Below, piece after piece: positions 22,049 to 32,021 of a stretch of DNA of 64,000 nt. A program made the position numbers and the translations under genes. Origin of the DNA: a virus (taxonomy: Duplodnaviria; Caudoviricetes); the IMG/VR virus record IMGVR_UViG_3300017766_003100, positions 128,001-192,000 of that record. The stretch is one strand, 5' to 3'. The notes below the pieces were generated by a model. That model saw nothing but the letters and a program-made list of their open reading frames with translations, was not told where the DNA came from and did no database searches. Each line of letters starts with the position of its first letter. The stretch's first letter is position 1.

Positions 22049-22774
22049 TTATGATGTTATTACGTTACAACAATTACAACCAGTAATAACTAAATCAGAT
22101 AAAGAAAATGTATGTTGACTATTTCCTATATAACAATCAACGAATTCATTTTTATATAAAATATCTGTGGTTGTGAGTGTAAAATCTGTGTTATTTGTTA
22201 ATGAAATGTTTGACCATTCTTCATTATATGTTGTTAAATACAATGTTTGATTTTGACATCCAGGTATTGAGTTATAAGTTGAACCAGTACTTGTACCTGA
22301 AGTTGTTATTGAAATTGGAATTGTATCAATAACTAAACTTGAATTTGTAATTGCTGAAACGGAATTCAAATTTGGGGAGGATTTTACTAAATTAGAATGA
22401 CTCAATTTAAAATTTATTGTCACACCATCTGATAATTTAGGAAAAACTGAAACCTTAGTTACGTATTCTTCAGTTTTTTGTGATGGTGATGAATTAATTG
22501 TTTGAGAAGTAGTGTTTAAATATATTGTATATGTTATTGGATTTTGTGGTGGGTTAAGTGTTACAAAATTTGTAAAACTTCCACCTGAAATATCTGTAGT
22601 TGTCACAACATAATTACCTTTACACAAATTTGTGAATATTGGAAATGGTTTAGATGTAATACCATTATCAATTGAATATTGATAAGGAGGATATCCATCA
22701 AATGCTGAGATTGTTATTGCTCCATCACAACCACAAATTGTTTGATTAACTGTTATCGTTGAGTTTAATGACAT
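22049..22774 (-). CDS. SprB-repeat-containing virion protein (241 aa)
   Basis: CDGAITISAFDGYPPYQYSIDNG...FTNLCKGNYVVTTTD SprB-like unit. Confidence 0.6.
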   Translation of the reverse strand: MSLNSTITVNQTICGCDGAITISAFDGYPPYQYSIDNGITSKPFPIFTNLCKGNYVVTTTDISGGSFTNFVTLNPPQNPITYTIYLNTTSQTINSSPSQKTEEYVTKVSVFPKLSDGVTINFKLSHSNLVKSSPNLNSVSAITNSSLVIDTIPISITTSGTSTGSTYNSIPGCQNQTLYLTTYNEEWSNISLTNNTDFTLTTTDILYKNEFVDCYIGNSQHTFSLSDLVITGCNCCNVITS

Positions 22775-22790
22775 AAATTATTTTTATATT

Positions 22791-24284
22791 TTATATTCCA
22801 CAAATACCATTTATTGTTGTTGTACAATAGATAAAATAAATTGTATTGGTTAGTGGTGGTCCTGATGAAAGATTTGCTGTTAAAGTAATACTATAATTTG
22901 TTGGAGAACAAGGTCCTTGCCATCCTTGACTATTCATCAAACCAGGACCACCAATTGTATTATTTATTGTTGCCCCACCAATCCAAAGTGAAGAACTATT
23001 AATACTTAATTGAGATGGACTTATGTTTGTTACATCTAAATAAACATCTAATGTAGACATATTAATACACAATATATCAAAACTTGTAACTGAAACACCT
23101 ACAGGTAAATTATACGTATTCCAAACAAAATTTGGTATAAGATTTTGACCACCACAAGAAGAACCTCTATACTGATTTGGTATATTAGAACCCCAAGTTT
23201 GCCACCATCCTTCATTAATTATAAAGTTAAGAGTTGGTACACTACATATATTTCTGATTGCCGTTATTGTATAACTTGGGTACAAATTAGCATTAGATAC
23301 AAACCAATTATTCAATGGTACATTACTTGCTGTGAATGTATTTGGTGGTGTTGGTAATGGATATGTTGAAACAATATCAATAGGTGGATTAAATTGAGTT
23401 ACCAACTGACTTGATGGTGAACCAGATAAAATCCAATATTGATTCCAATAAATTAATTCATTTCCTGATGGGGATTTCCAAACTGGATGAATAACTCCAT
23501 TATTAGTTTCAAAATAGGCAATAATAAATGGAATTTGTATTAATGTTTTAGGTGCTTGTATTGTTATACACATATTATATTCCATAAACGATGGGTTTGA
23601 TGGAAGTTGTGCTAACGTGGTTGTTGTGGTTGTTGTAGGTTCAACAATTGTACAATTTATTAATAAACTAAAATCACCAAATTGGTCAGTTATCTGAACA
23701 AAATAAGTTCCTGATTCTAAATTTGTGAAGTTAGTACTTGATGAATTTAATGGTGGTATTGACCTTACAGTATTACCTTCATCATCTAATAATATCACTT
23801 GATATGGTGGAGTACCACCAGTAATTTTAACACCCAAACTTCCGTAACCACCACTAACTATTGGTGACGTTGGTTCACATATTGCACCCATAGGATATAT
23901 GGTTAAGACACCACATTCATTTGATTGTAGATAGTTTAGTTGGTCATATTTTCTTGGTTCAGGACAAGTTATTGCGGCAGTTTCAAAAACATCCATCACA
24001 GCATCCAAATTAGCCCAAGTTGTACCAGTTGGACATTGTAATTCACCTAAAATATAACTTACTAAATTATTATCGTAAAAAATTTCCCATTGTGAATCTA
24101 CTAAATCATAAACTATTTTAATTTCTAAATTTTGTCCACAACAAGGGTCATACCCAACATAGGATTTTCTACCATTAACATAACCACCTGGTTTAAGTGT
24201 TGTCTTAAATACACCACCAAAAGATTCAGAGGTTGCTGATAATGATATACAACTACAAGGAGAGACAGTTACAGATGTGGACAT
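22791..24284 (-). CDS. Cys-rich virion protein with SprB-like unit and poly-Thr linker (497 aa)
   Basis: GSLGVKITGGTPPYQV...FTNLESGTYFVQITD; EPTTTTTTTL. Confidence 0.55.
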   Translation of the reverse strand: MSTSVTVSPCSCISLSATSESFGGVFKTTLKPGGYVNGRKSYVGYDPCCGQNLEIKIVYDLVDSQWEIFYDNNLVSYILGELQCPTGTTWANLDAVMDVFETAAITCPEPRKYDQLNYLQSNECGVLTIYPMGAICEPTSPIVSGGYGSLGVKITGGTPPYQVILLDDEGNTVRSIPPLNSSSTNFTNLESGTYFVQITDQFGDFSLLINCTIVEPTTTTTTTLAQLPSNPSFMEYNMCITIQAPKTLIQIPFIIAYFETNNGVIHPVWKSPSGNELIYWNQYWILSGSPSSQLVTQFNPPIDIVSTYPLPTPPNTFTASNVPLNNWFVSNANLYPSYTITAIRNICSVPTLNFIINEGWWQTWGSNIPNQYRGSSCGGQNLIPNFVWNTYNLPVGVSVTSFDILCINMSTLDVYLDVTNISPSQLSINSSSLWIGGATINNTIGGPGLMNSQGWQGPCSPTNYSITLTANLSSGPPLTNTIYFIYCTTTINGICGI

Positions 24285-24322
24285 AAATTTTTAAAAAAAT
24301 AAGTTTATTATACTAATCAACA

Positions 24323-24329
24323 ATAAATA
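24323..24329 (-). promoter_or_regulatory. Putative late promoter TATTTAT
   Basis: 38 nt upstream of the 24284 start. Confidence 0.35.
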
Positions 24330-24332
24330 CAA

Positions 24333-25313
24333 TTAAGAATGTTTTTCTATTATACTTTTCATAACCTCTATGTATTTAATTGTTGAACTATTCTTATCGA
24401 TGTAATCGAAGTAATTAATATTTTCTTTTAATTTTTCTAATGGATTTACGTTTATAAATTCACCTTTATAAAATTTTGACCTTTTTAAATCATCGGTAAC
24501 TCCAGCCATATGTAAAATAGGATGTTTTTCATAAGTTGAAATAGTATCAGTTGCCCAAGAAAAACTTAAATCCTCAACTATTTTTGTTTCGTGGCTAGTT
24601 AACCAAAGATTCCATAAAACCGCCCACATATCAGCTGTCCACATTTGTATTTCTCCCGATGGGACACTATGTCTTTGATTAAATTCAAAAACATTTTTAT
24701 AAAGTAATTGACAATCATTAAAAACTTTTTCCCAAAATGTGTAATCGGTATTTTTGATTAAATATTGAGCACCACCTGAGTTCTTATTATTCTGTTTTAT
24801 TGTATCAACAGAAATACCAATAACATCAGCCATTAATTGAATTAAATGTCCTTTTTGTAGTGATGGGTGTATAGATTCATATCTTTCACAACAAGTCATA
24901 ATATAATCATAATTGATATAACTTAAGGTATCAGATAGATACACAATATCATCTTGTAACAATTTGTTGAAATCAGGGAGTTCTCTAAAAATGATATCAG
25001 AATCGTGGTAAAAGTAACATTTCCCTAAATCAGGATATTCTTTCAACCATCTTGATAAGGCCATTGGTCTTAAACTTGGAATATATTTTTTATCTTTTCT
25101 ATCATCCAAATAATGATGTACGTTAATACCAATCTCTTTTAATTTAATTGACTCATCTGAAGGAAATGTATTTCCATTAACCATAACAAACAAAACGTGA
25201 ATATTTTCAGGTTTAATTCCTTTCTCAATAAAGTTTGTTGTATATATTTTTGTTTGCCAATGGAAGTAAGGGATGTCAGGATGAGCTGATACAAATACCA
25301 AATTATTGTCCAT
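24333..25313 (-). CDS. GT-A fold glycosyltransferase, resembling plant peptidyl-serine galactosyltransferase / hydroxyproline arabinosyltransferase families
   Basis: YFHWQ, YIPSLRP...W, DxD motif (YFYHDSDIIFR), GGAQY, WTADMWA and PILHMAG occur in the same order as motifs recalled from SERGT1/HPAT. Confidence 0.65.
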   Translation of the reverse strand: MDNNLVFVSAHPDIPYFHWQTKIYTTNFIEKGIKPENIHVLFVMVNGNTFPSDESIKLKEIGINVHHYLDDRKDKKYIPSLRPMALSRWLKEYPDLGKCYFYHDSDIIFRELPDFNKLLQDDIVYLSDTLSYINYDYIMTCCERYESIHPSLQKGHLIQLMADVIGISVDTIKQNNKNSGGAQYLIKNTDYTFWEKVFNDCQLLYKNVFEFNQRHSVPSGEIQMWTADMWAVLWNLWLTSHETKIVEDLSFSWATDTISTYEKHPILHMAGVTDDLKRSKFYKGEFINVNPLEKLKENINYFDYIDKNSSTIKYIEVMKSIIEKHS

Positions 25314-25349
25314 ACTTTTTTATAAAAAAATATAGAGAATAATTTGACT

Positions 25350-26567
25350 TTATAAATAATATAGAATATCCGCAGTTCCATTAAATGTTGCATTAGCACC
25401 TAATGGTGTAATACATAACCACATTTCATCTAAAGTACCATTAACATTAGAACCAACTCTAATTTGGTTATCATCAAGTTTCGTTGTAGTTAATGCCGAA
25501 GTACCCGCTTGACCAATCAAAGAAGTCATAATGTGACCAGGGGATGTTATTGTATGTGTATTACCAGTACCCAAACTATATTGGAATGGTGAATTTGGAA
25601 TATCTACCCAAGTTGGGGTATAAGATAAAGTTGGATTGAATTCCATTGTTAATAAATAATTGTCATTAGATGTATTAAGAATACTAATTGCATCGTATTG
25701 TGATGAAACCGATGTATAAGACTCCTTCAATCTATAACCAATATAAGGATATTTTTCACCAGAAGTAGCTAATGTTGTTGTTGCTGTATATGGTACTGAA
25801 ACTGTTGAATATAAACCATTTAAAGCACCTTCAGAAGCTGTTTGAGAACATATCATATCAAAATAACCAGAACCAACACCAACTTGTCTTATTTCATATC
25901 TTATTGGTTGATTAGGTGAGGCCATATAAACTGTTGATATATTATTTGCAGCAGTATAATCAATAAAATAAATTGTTTGACCTGATAATACCATTCCAAA
26001 TCTTAGTCTACCAACACCTAACCATTGATAATCTACAGTCATCAAATTGGTTTTAGTCCAATCAAAATTGTTGGGGTCAAATTGAGTATTAGTCCAAACA
26101 GAAGTATCTGCACTATAAGTACAAGAACCGCTCAAATATATGTTAAAAGTTATTGCACTTGTAACACCATTACTTTCCAAAAAGAAACCATCAAAAACTG
26201 AATTATATGGTGTTCCTGTCGTTGATTGAAACATACCAACCCTTTTAATAACATTAGTTTCAATGGCAAAGTTATTAAAACTAGCTTCAAATAATTGACT
26301 TTTACCTGGTTGATAAATTGGATGTGTTTTTGATTGACGTATAACTAAATCGTTATTAGCTGAAGTAGACATTCTAACTCTTGCATATTGTTGGTCAAAA
26401 ATTGATGTAGCAGTTCCAGCTGTCATTTCATTGACTTGAAGTGGATTTTTATCATAAACGTGTTTGATATCTAAAAGATTAGTTACTGCTGCAGTTCTTA
26501 ATCTACCAAACGCATCTAAGTTTGGGCTATCTGAGTATTTTATCGAATTATTAAAAATGTATGCCAT
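25350..26567 (-). CDS. Putative virion structural protein (405 aa)
   Basis: N-terminal DAFGRLR motif seen in phage virion proteins; beta-rich; structural cluster. Confidence 0.55.
   Translation of the reverse strand: MAYIFNNSIKYSDSPNLDAFGRLRTAAVTNLLDIKHVYDKNPLQVNEMTAGTATSIFDQQYARVRMSTSANNDLVIRQSKTHPIYQPGKSQLFEASFNNFAIETNVIKRVGMFQSTTGTPYNSVFDGFFLESNGVTSAITFNIYLSGSCTYSADTSVWTNTQFDPNNFDWTKTNLMTVDYQWLGVGRLRFGMVLSGQTIYFIDYTAANNISTVYMASPNQPIRYEIRQVGVGSGYFDMICSQTASEGALNGLYSTVSVPYTATTTLATSGEKYPYIGYRLKESYTSVSSQYDAISILNTSNDNYLLTMEFNPTLSYTPTWVDIPNSPFQYSLGTGNTHTITSPGHIMTSLIGQAGTSALTTTKLDDNQIRVGSNVNGTLDEMWLCITPLGANATFNGTADILYYL
25352..25358 (-). promoter_or_regulatory. Putative late promoter TATTTAT(A)
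   Basis: 38 nt upstream of the glycosyltransferase start; overlaps the stop of the upstream gene. Confidence 0.4.
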
Positions 26568-26568
26568 A

Positions 26569-27213
26569 TTATATTATCCACCAATTATTATTTCTTGCCA
26601 CCAATGTAAGTGACATATAGTTTATGTTCATATCAACGTAGGAATTTCCATCAATTGTACCACTTGTTGGGGTTATTCTTATTCTATAAGAACCAGAATT
26701 ACCACCTTCGTCTTTTATAGTTACTTTTAATCCATCCAAAGAATTTGGTGAAAACAGAGTTAAATCGACATCCCCCAAATAACTTATTCCATTATAACTA
26801 AAACCTGATGATAAGGTTACTGCGGAGGTAGTAATACCTGTTGTTGCCTCATAGAATGTGACACCAGTAACCGAATCAATTGTTGCGGTAAATGTTGAAC
26901 CATCACTTTCACCAATTGTAAATGTGTTATTATTATATGTAAAACTCGTAACACTTGTATCTGTAAATCCAGTAACGAAACCTGAAACTGTAAAAGTCCC
27001 ACCCGAAGTATTAGTAAATGTAATAGTACCTGTAGTCGCATCATAAGTCCCACCTGATATGTACACTGATTGTACTAAGTCAGTTACTTGTTGTATTGTT
27101 GCCTTAAATGATGACCCAGCTGGATTTTGTGAAGTGTCATTTGGATTTACAATATGAATTAAATCCGTAAATGTCACAGCTGTTGCAGATGTCCTATCGG
27201 TAAGAAATGCCAT
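26569..27213 (-). CDS. Putative short tail fibre/baseplate protein (214 aa)
   Basis: Fibre-like N-terminus (DLIHIV...SFKATI), Thr-rich shaft, C-terminal VTIKD.GG...IDG...NWWII module. Confidence 0.5.
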   Translation of the reverse strand: MAFLTDRTSATAVTFTDLIHIVNPNDTSQNPAGSSFKATIQQVTDLVQSVYISGGTYDATTGTITFTNTSGGTFTVSGFVTGFTDTSVTSFTYNNNTFTIGESDGSTFTATIDSVTGVTFYEATTGITTSAVTLSSGFSYNGISYLGDVDLTLFSPNSLDGLKVTIKDEGGNSGSYRIRITPTSGTIDGNSYVDMNINYMSLTLVARNNNWWII

Positions 27214-27227
27214 TTAATATTTTATTT

Positions 27228-27234
27228 ATAAATA
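27228..27234 (-). promoter_or_regulatory. Putative late promoter TATTTAT
   Basis: 14 nt upstream of the 27213 start. Confidence 0.5.
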
Positions 27235-27235
27235 G

Positions 27236-27535
27236 TTAGGACATAAAGAAATAACCAACACCATCCATAAAAAAGAAATCCTCTAAATCCATAAATTCTT
27301 TTATATCTTCACTACAATATAATACCTTAAACTTTTCACAACCATCACTTGTTATAACTTTCACACCAATTGCAGGTGCGGAATCAAATTGAGGTGGTAA
27401 AACCATTAAATTGGTAATGGGTACTGTTGTTGATATATATGCTAATAAAATACATTGATTACCGAATACATCACAAACGTAAACAGTGTAAGGTGGATTT
27501 AATCCCCATATATTACTAAAGGAAAGTAAGTTCAT
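27236..27535 (-). CDS. Small Cys-containing virion protein (99 aa), paralog of 29600-29815
   Basis: PYTVYVCDVFGNQCI...VKVITSDGCE parallels PFDIYLCDDPLTTCV...LKVVDDNNCE. Confidence 0.55.
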   Translation of the reverse strand: MNLLSFSNIWGLNPPYTVYVCDVFGNQCILLAYISTTVPITNLMVLPPQFDSAPAIGVKVITSDGCEKFKVLYCSEDIKEFMDLEDFFFMDGVGYFFMS

Positions 27536-27554
27536 ATTATAACTTTATGTAGTT

Positions 27555-27561
27555 ATAAATA
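27555..27561 (-). promoter_or_regulatory. Putative late promoter TATTTAT
   Basis: 19 nt upstream of the 27535 start. Confidence 0.5.
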
Positions 27562-27568
27562 TTACGTA

Positions 27569-29596
27569 TTATAAACTACCCAAACATGTGGCACAATTAT
27601 CAAAGAAAGTATTTCCAGTTGATGGGAAAAAACTTCCTGAGATGTATGTAAATGTTGAACCTAAAGGTAAAGTTGGATAAGTTGATGAGTAGTACATAAA
27701 CTCCCAACAATAATCATTGGTGATAGTTTTAAATATTGTTCCTGGTGTAAATGTAGGAATAGCCAAAGTTTGAATAATATATTCTGTTGGATTTCCACAT
27801 TGTCTGAAAACATAATAACCTATGGCCATAGATGGTGTTGGTGATGGTGTATTTGTTGGTGTTAATGTTGGTGTAACGGTTGGTGTTGGAGTAGGTGAAA
27901 CATCAGGTGTACATAATGAACATTCACCTAAATTTGAATAACCTAAAGGTCCATCAATTAAACTTATTTCATCAATACCAATAACATCCAAATTATAACC
28001 CAAGAAAGAAATACATTTTGAATTTCCATTAACATTTCCTTTAAAAATCATAAATTGGTCAATAGTACCACCTGAAGGTAATGGTATTGAATTGGTTGTA
28101 TAATACATTTCACCAGTATAACAATCTTGGAATTGTTTACTATTCGGACATTTTATTTCTCCATTTACAGTATTAAATGTTACATTACCTAATATGTTTA
28201 TTGGCCTTGTTACATCAGGTGTTGGTGTAGGTGTTGGTGTTAATGTTGCCGTTGGTGTTGGTGTATATCCAGTTATTGTTACATCTATAGCTACATCACC
28301 ACAAGGATTACTAGGTGTTGGTGTTGGTGTACTTGTTGGAGAAGTTGTTATCGTTGGTGTAGGTGTTGGTGTTGGAATATATTCACAATCAAAAACTGCG
28401 GTAAAGTCTAATACGGAACAATTCACAGTTGGCGTTGGAGTAGGTGTAGGACAAGCTCCACTAAATACATATTCATCACATAAATCAGGACAAGTTGAAA
28501 TACAAGGATAAGGTCCTTCTAATAAACAAGTACCATCCAATACTGATGACATACACCAAGTTCCTCCAGTTGTGAAATAAATAACATTACCAGTGTTTAC
28601 CCCTAACCAATATGGTTGGGAATTATGTATACCAGCGTATTTGTAATTGTCATCATAACCCAATCCTGTATCACTAATACAATAATTAACAATATCGGTT
28701 TTATCTATTAGAATACAATATGGTGTACCACTACAAGTATATAATGAATAACCATCAGGACAAGTATATCCAGTTCCAGTTGTTGCCCCACTTGAAGATA
28801 AAGGAACGTCTTGACCAATAAAACTTAATGTTGTAAACAAAGTATCCGCGCTTAATTGTGAATAACTAGTATAACCACTAAGAGTTGAAACAGAACCACT
28901 ATATATTTCAGCAACAAAACTCGCAGGACCTGAATCATTCAGGTTCTCCATTTCAATTATGTTCAAACCTGATGAGAAAGTATATGGGAAAACACTTAAA
29001 AATAGTGTTCCATAACCTTGAGCGATTGATGTACCTGGAAATGTTGATATTGTATCATAAATTAAATTACCATTTATTTTAAATCTAAAATAGTCATCAC
29101 CTGAAATCGCGATAAAATATGTACCTGAAACTGGTATGTCTAAACAATAGGAAAATCCCACATATTCATCTTGTGGGTCAGGATTGTTAGTTGTCCATAT
29201 ACCCGCATTATTTAATCTACCTGTAATTGTAGTTCCAGTACCCCAAAGAGAATTTCTTAAACTAGTCGGACCATAGTATGGTGATGTAGTAAATCCTTGA
29301 CCACCTGCTTGAATATTTAAAATTCTTCCACTATTATCTACTAAAAATTGAGTATTAAAAAGTAATGTACCATTCTCAGTGAATGCTGATGTTGTTGACC
29401 CAGTATTTGTTATTGGGAATGAAAGATTTGTAATGTCTTCATAAAAAATAACACCATAAGCATTATATGCTGTATTAACACTACCTGTTGTTGCAGTATA
29501 AAAAAATGAACCACCACTTGTTGCTGCGGTTACAGTATATATACAAGCATCAGAATCGATGGTTGGGGTATAACCCGATGGACAAGGACAACTCAT
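27569..29596 (-). CDS. Cys-rich virion protein with PA14-like domain and four (PT)n linkers (675 aa)
   Basis: YFIAISGDDYFRFKING PA14-like motif; CPSGY/CPDGY modules; several PTPTPT tracts. Confidence 0.6.
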   Translation of the reverse strand: MSCPCPSGYTPTIDSDACIYTVTAATSGGSFFYTATTGSVNTAYNAYGVIFYEDITNLSFPITNTGSTTSAFTENGTLLFNTQFLVDNSGRILNIQAGGQGFTTSPYYGPTSLRNSLWGTGTTITGRLNNAGIWTTNNPDPQDEYVGFSYCLDIPVSGTYFIAISGDDYFRFKINGNLIYDTISTFPGTSIAQGYGTLFLSVFPYTFSSGLNIIEMENLNDSGPASFVAEIYSGSVSTLSGYTSYSQLSADTLFTTLSFIGQDVPLSSSGATTGTGYTCPDGYSLYTCSGTPYCILIDKTDIVNYCISDTGLGYDDNYKYAGIHNSQPYWLGVNTGNVIYFTTGGTWCMSSVLDGTCLLEGPYPCISTCPDLCDEYVFSGACPTPTPTPTVNCSVLDFTAVFDCEYIPTPTPTPTITTSPTSTPTPTPSNPCGDVAIDVTITGYTPTPTATLTPTPTPTPDVTRPINILGNVTFNTVNGEIKCPNSKQFQDCYTGEMYYTTNSIPLPSGGTIDQFMIFKGNVNGNSKCISFLGYNLDVIGIDEISLIDGPLGYSNLGECSLCTPDVSPTPTPTVTPTLTPTNTPSPTPSMAIGYYVFRQCGNPTEYIIQTLAIPTFTPGTIFKTITNDYCWEFMYYSSTYPTLPLGSTFTYISGSFFPSTGNTFFDNCATCLGSL

Positions 29597-29599
29597 TTC

Positions 29600-29815
29600 T
29601 TAAACTACTAAATTAGAGATTATTTCACAATTATTATCATCAACAACTTTTAAATTATAAGATAATTGACCATCCAAAATTGATGGAACATCAAATGAAT
29701 ATGTACCACCTGTTATGGTATCTACATATACACAAGTAGTTAAGGGGTCATCACATAGATAAATGTCGAAAGGTGTTGAACCTGAAACTCCATTTATAGT
29801 TATTGTTGTTGGCAT
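29600..29815 (-). CDS. Small Cys-containing virion protein (71 aa)
   Basis: First gene of the minus-strand block; paralog of 27236-27535. Confidence 0.55.
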   Translation of the reverse strand: MPTTITINGVSGSTPFDIYLCDDPLTTCVYVDTITGGTYSFDVPSILDGQLSYNLKVVDDNNCEIISNLVV

Positions 29816-29833
29816 TTGACAAAATTGTTTTTA

Positions 29834-29840
29834 ATAAATA
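29834..29840 (-). promoter_or_regulatory. Putative late promoter TATTTAT
   Basis: 18 nt upstream of the 29815 start, in the divergent intergenic region. Confidence 0.5.
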
Positions 29841-29868
29841 TATTAGGTAAGAAAACTTTGTGAATATT

Positions 29869-30771
29869 ATGTCTGACGATAATGAAATAATCGTAGAATT
29901 ACTACGTGATATATTTGGGGATGAAAAACAACATTATGAATCTAAAGGCCAAATTAGTCATAATTGCCCCCTTTGTGATGAGGGGAGGAAAAAAGGAAAT
30001 TTGGAGATAAATTATTTCCAACATCTATTTCATTGTTGGAGCTGTGGTGATACAAATGATATGCACGGCTCACTTCATAAGTTAATTAAAAAATATGGTA
30101 AAAAATCACACCTTAAAACTTATTCTGTACTAGCACCAGAAGAAAACCTACCCAAAGAAAAGAAAAAAGTTAACAAACTTGAACTACCGAGTTTTTATCG
30201 GAAGTTCAATGAGGTCTCATCAATATACCCAGTAAGAAGACAAGCATATAATTATTTAATGAATAGGGGTATTACCGATGAAATAATTGAAAGATATGGA
30301 ATTGGGTTTTGTGATAATGGTAGTCACGCTGGTAGAATAATAATTCCATCTTATGATAAAAATAACAAATTAAATTACTATATTGCCAGAAGTTGGGATT
30401 TACATACAAAAGCAAAATATAAAAACCCTGAAGCTGAAAAAGATAAGATTATTTTCTTTGAAAGTTTGATTGATTGGAATAAAGATATTACTCTAGTTGA
30501 AGGAGCATTTGATTCCATATTCATCCCAAATAGTATTCCAATGTTGGGGAAACATATGAGTTCATTATTGTTTGATACCTTATATGAAAAGGCCAACAAC
30601 AATATAACAATCGCCTTGGATGGTGATGCTTGGGACAATGCGGTTAAATTGTATCATGAGTTAAATGGTGGGAATTTATATGGAAAAATTAAAATAGTAA
30701 AACTACCTTTGGATAAGGATATTGCCGATTTGAGGGGACAAATAAATGAATATTATATTGAAATAAAATGA
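29869..30771 (+). CDS. DNA primase (Zn finger plus Toprim)
   Basis: CPLC...HCWSC zinc finger; LVEGAFD and ALDGDA Toprim motifs; ATG 29869 preferred over GTG 29860. Confidence 0.85.
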   Translation: MSDDNEIIVELLRDIFGDEKQHYESKGQISHNCPLCDEGRKKGNLEINYFQHLFHCWSCGDTNDMHGSLHKLIKKYGKKSHLKTYSVLAPEENLPKEKKKVNKLELPSFYRKFNEVSSIYPVRRQAYNYLMNRGITDEIIERYGIGFCDNGSHAGRIIIPSYDKNNKLNYYIARSWDLHTKAKYKNPEAEKDKIIFFESLIDWNKDITLVEGAFDSIFIPNSIPMLGKHMSSLLFDTLYEKANNNITIALDGDAWDNAVKLYHELNGGNLYGKIKIVKLPLDKDIADLRGQINEYYIEIK

Positions 30772-31616
30772 CAGATTTATATAAAGTAAGAGATGAAATA
30801 CTAGAAATAGTTAAAAAAAGACAACAAGAATTACAATTAACTTTTGAAGAAGAAAAACACCAATACACAATGTTGGATAATAATTCTGTATTGAAAGATG
30901 ATTGGTATTCTGTATCAAAAATAATAAAAAAGTATTATGATGAATTTCCAGCTGAAGAAGTTGCGTTAAAGAAAGCCAAAGGTGATATTGAAGAACAACA
31001 AAAATTGTTAAAAGAATGGGCTGGAGCTGGAACATACTCAACTAACTTAGGTAGTAGAACCCACTTTTTATTGGAACAAAAATCCCTTGATATGTTTAAT
31101 ATTAAGAAAGAGGTTAGACAACCAATTTTTGATTGCGATTTTGAACAAATATTAAAGAGTGATAGAATGGTCAGTGCTGGGATTAAATGTTTGGAATTGA
31201 TGAAAGAACGAGGTGCTGTATTATTAGATACGGAAATGGTATTAGGTGATAATGAATTATGTTATGTAGGACAACCAGATAAAATGTGGTTAATTGAGAA
31301 TAAGGAAAAGAGTCAAATTGGGATATTTTGTACAGATTGGAAAACCAATAAGGTTAAGAACTTTGAATCCAATCATTTTACAAAACCGATGAAATACCCC
31401 TTCAATAAATTACCCAATAATGCTTTAGGTCACTATTATGTTCAATTACCATTATATTTAAGATTATTATTTAAAATGTTGGAAGGAAGTAAGTATGAAA
31501 AAATTGGACTTTTTGGAGCAATTATAGTATTGTTGAAAGAAGATGGGACATTTGAAGAGTTTAGAATTCCTATGAATGTAATTACTCAAGTTTTTAATTT
31601 AAAATTAGATTTATGA
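30768..31616 (+). CDS. PD-(D/E)xK exonuclease (RecB/Cas4-like, no Fe-S cysteines)
   Basis: GSRTH, GQPD, TDWKT and HYYVQLPLY motifs; ATGA overlap with primase. Confidence 0.75.
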   Translation: MTDLYKVRDEILEIVKKRQQELQLTFEEEKHQYTMLDNNSVLKDDWYSVSKIIKKYYDEFPAEEVALKKAKGDIEEQQKLLKEWAGAGTYSTNLGSRTHFLLEQKSLDMFNIKKEVRQPIFDCDFEQILKSDRMVSAGIKCLELMKERGAVLLDTEMVLGDNELCYVGQPDKMWLIENKEKSQIGIFCTDWKTNKVKNFESNHFTKPMKYPFNKLPNNALGHYYVQLPLYLRLLFKMLEGSKYEKIGLFGAIIVLLKEDGTFEEFRIPMNVITQVFNLKLDL

Positions 31617-31825
31617 CACCACTACAAGAATTATTAAATTGGGTTGACCAAGAACTAAGATTAGATGGTTATGAACATAAAGAAATTATGTTGAAAATAC
31701 TGGAACTGAAAGAGAAGGAAGAAAGAATGGTTGTTGATGCTTGGCAAGATGGAAAATTATCTGAAATTGGATATTCTGATACATTAAACGGAAATGATTT
31801 TTATAACAATTTAAATAAAAAATAA
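31613..31825 (+). CDS. Small hypothetical protein (MTPLQEL/MTAVEW family)
   Basis: KEERMVVDAWQDG...FYN resembles 33864 and 34269. Confidence 0.5.
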   Translation: MTPLQELLNWVDQELRLDGYEHKEIMLKILELKEKEERMVVDAWQDGKLSEIGYSDTLNGNDFYNNLNKK

Positions 31826-32017
31826 ATGGACTTAGTAATCACCAAAAACACAAAAACAAATCACAACAAACCTGATACGGATGAGTATTTAATAGAAACT
31901 TTAAGAACGAGAAAGAAATACTATTTTATTTATGATGGTATAAAGTTCGTATCTGACAAAGAAATAATTGGTGTTGAACCAAAAACATACAAATTAATTT
32001 ATAAAAACAATAACTAA
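31826..32017 (+). CDS. Hypothetical protein
   Basis: Tightly packed ORF. Confidence 0.45.
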   Translation: MDLVITKNTKTNHNKPDTDEYLIETLRTRKKYYFIYDGIKFVSDKEIIGVEPKTYKLIYKNNN

Positions 32018-32021
32018 AAAA

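Noticed and set aside
28194-28511. 105-aa plus-strand ORF rich in GVGVGV
   Set aside because: Antisense shadow of the (PT)n tracts of the real minus-strand gene 27569-29596
30768-31616. Cas4 or anti-CRISPR assignment
   Set aside because: No Fe-S cysteine cluster and no cas context; a generic PD-(D/E)xK nuclease next to primase
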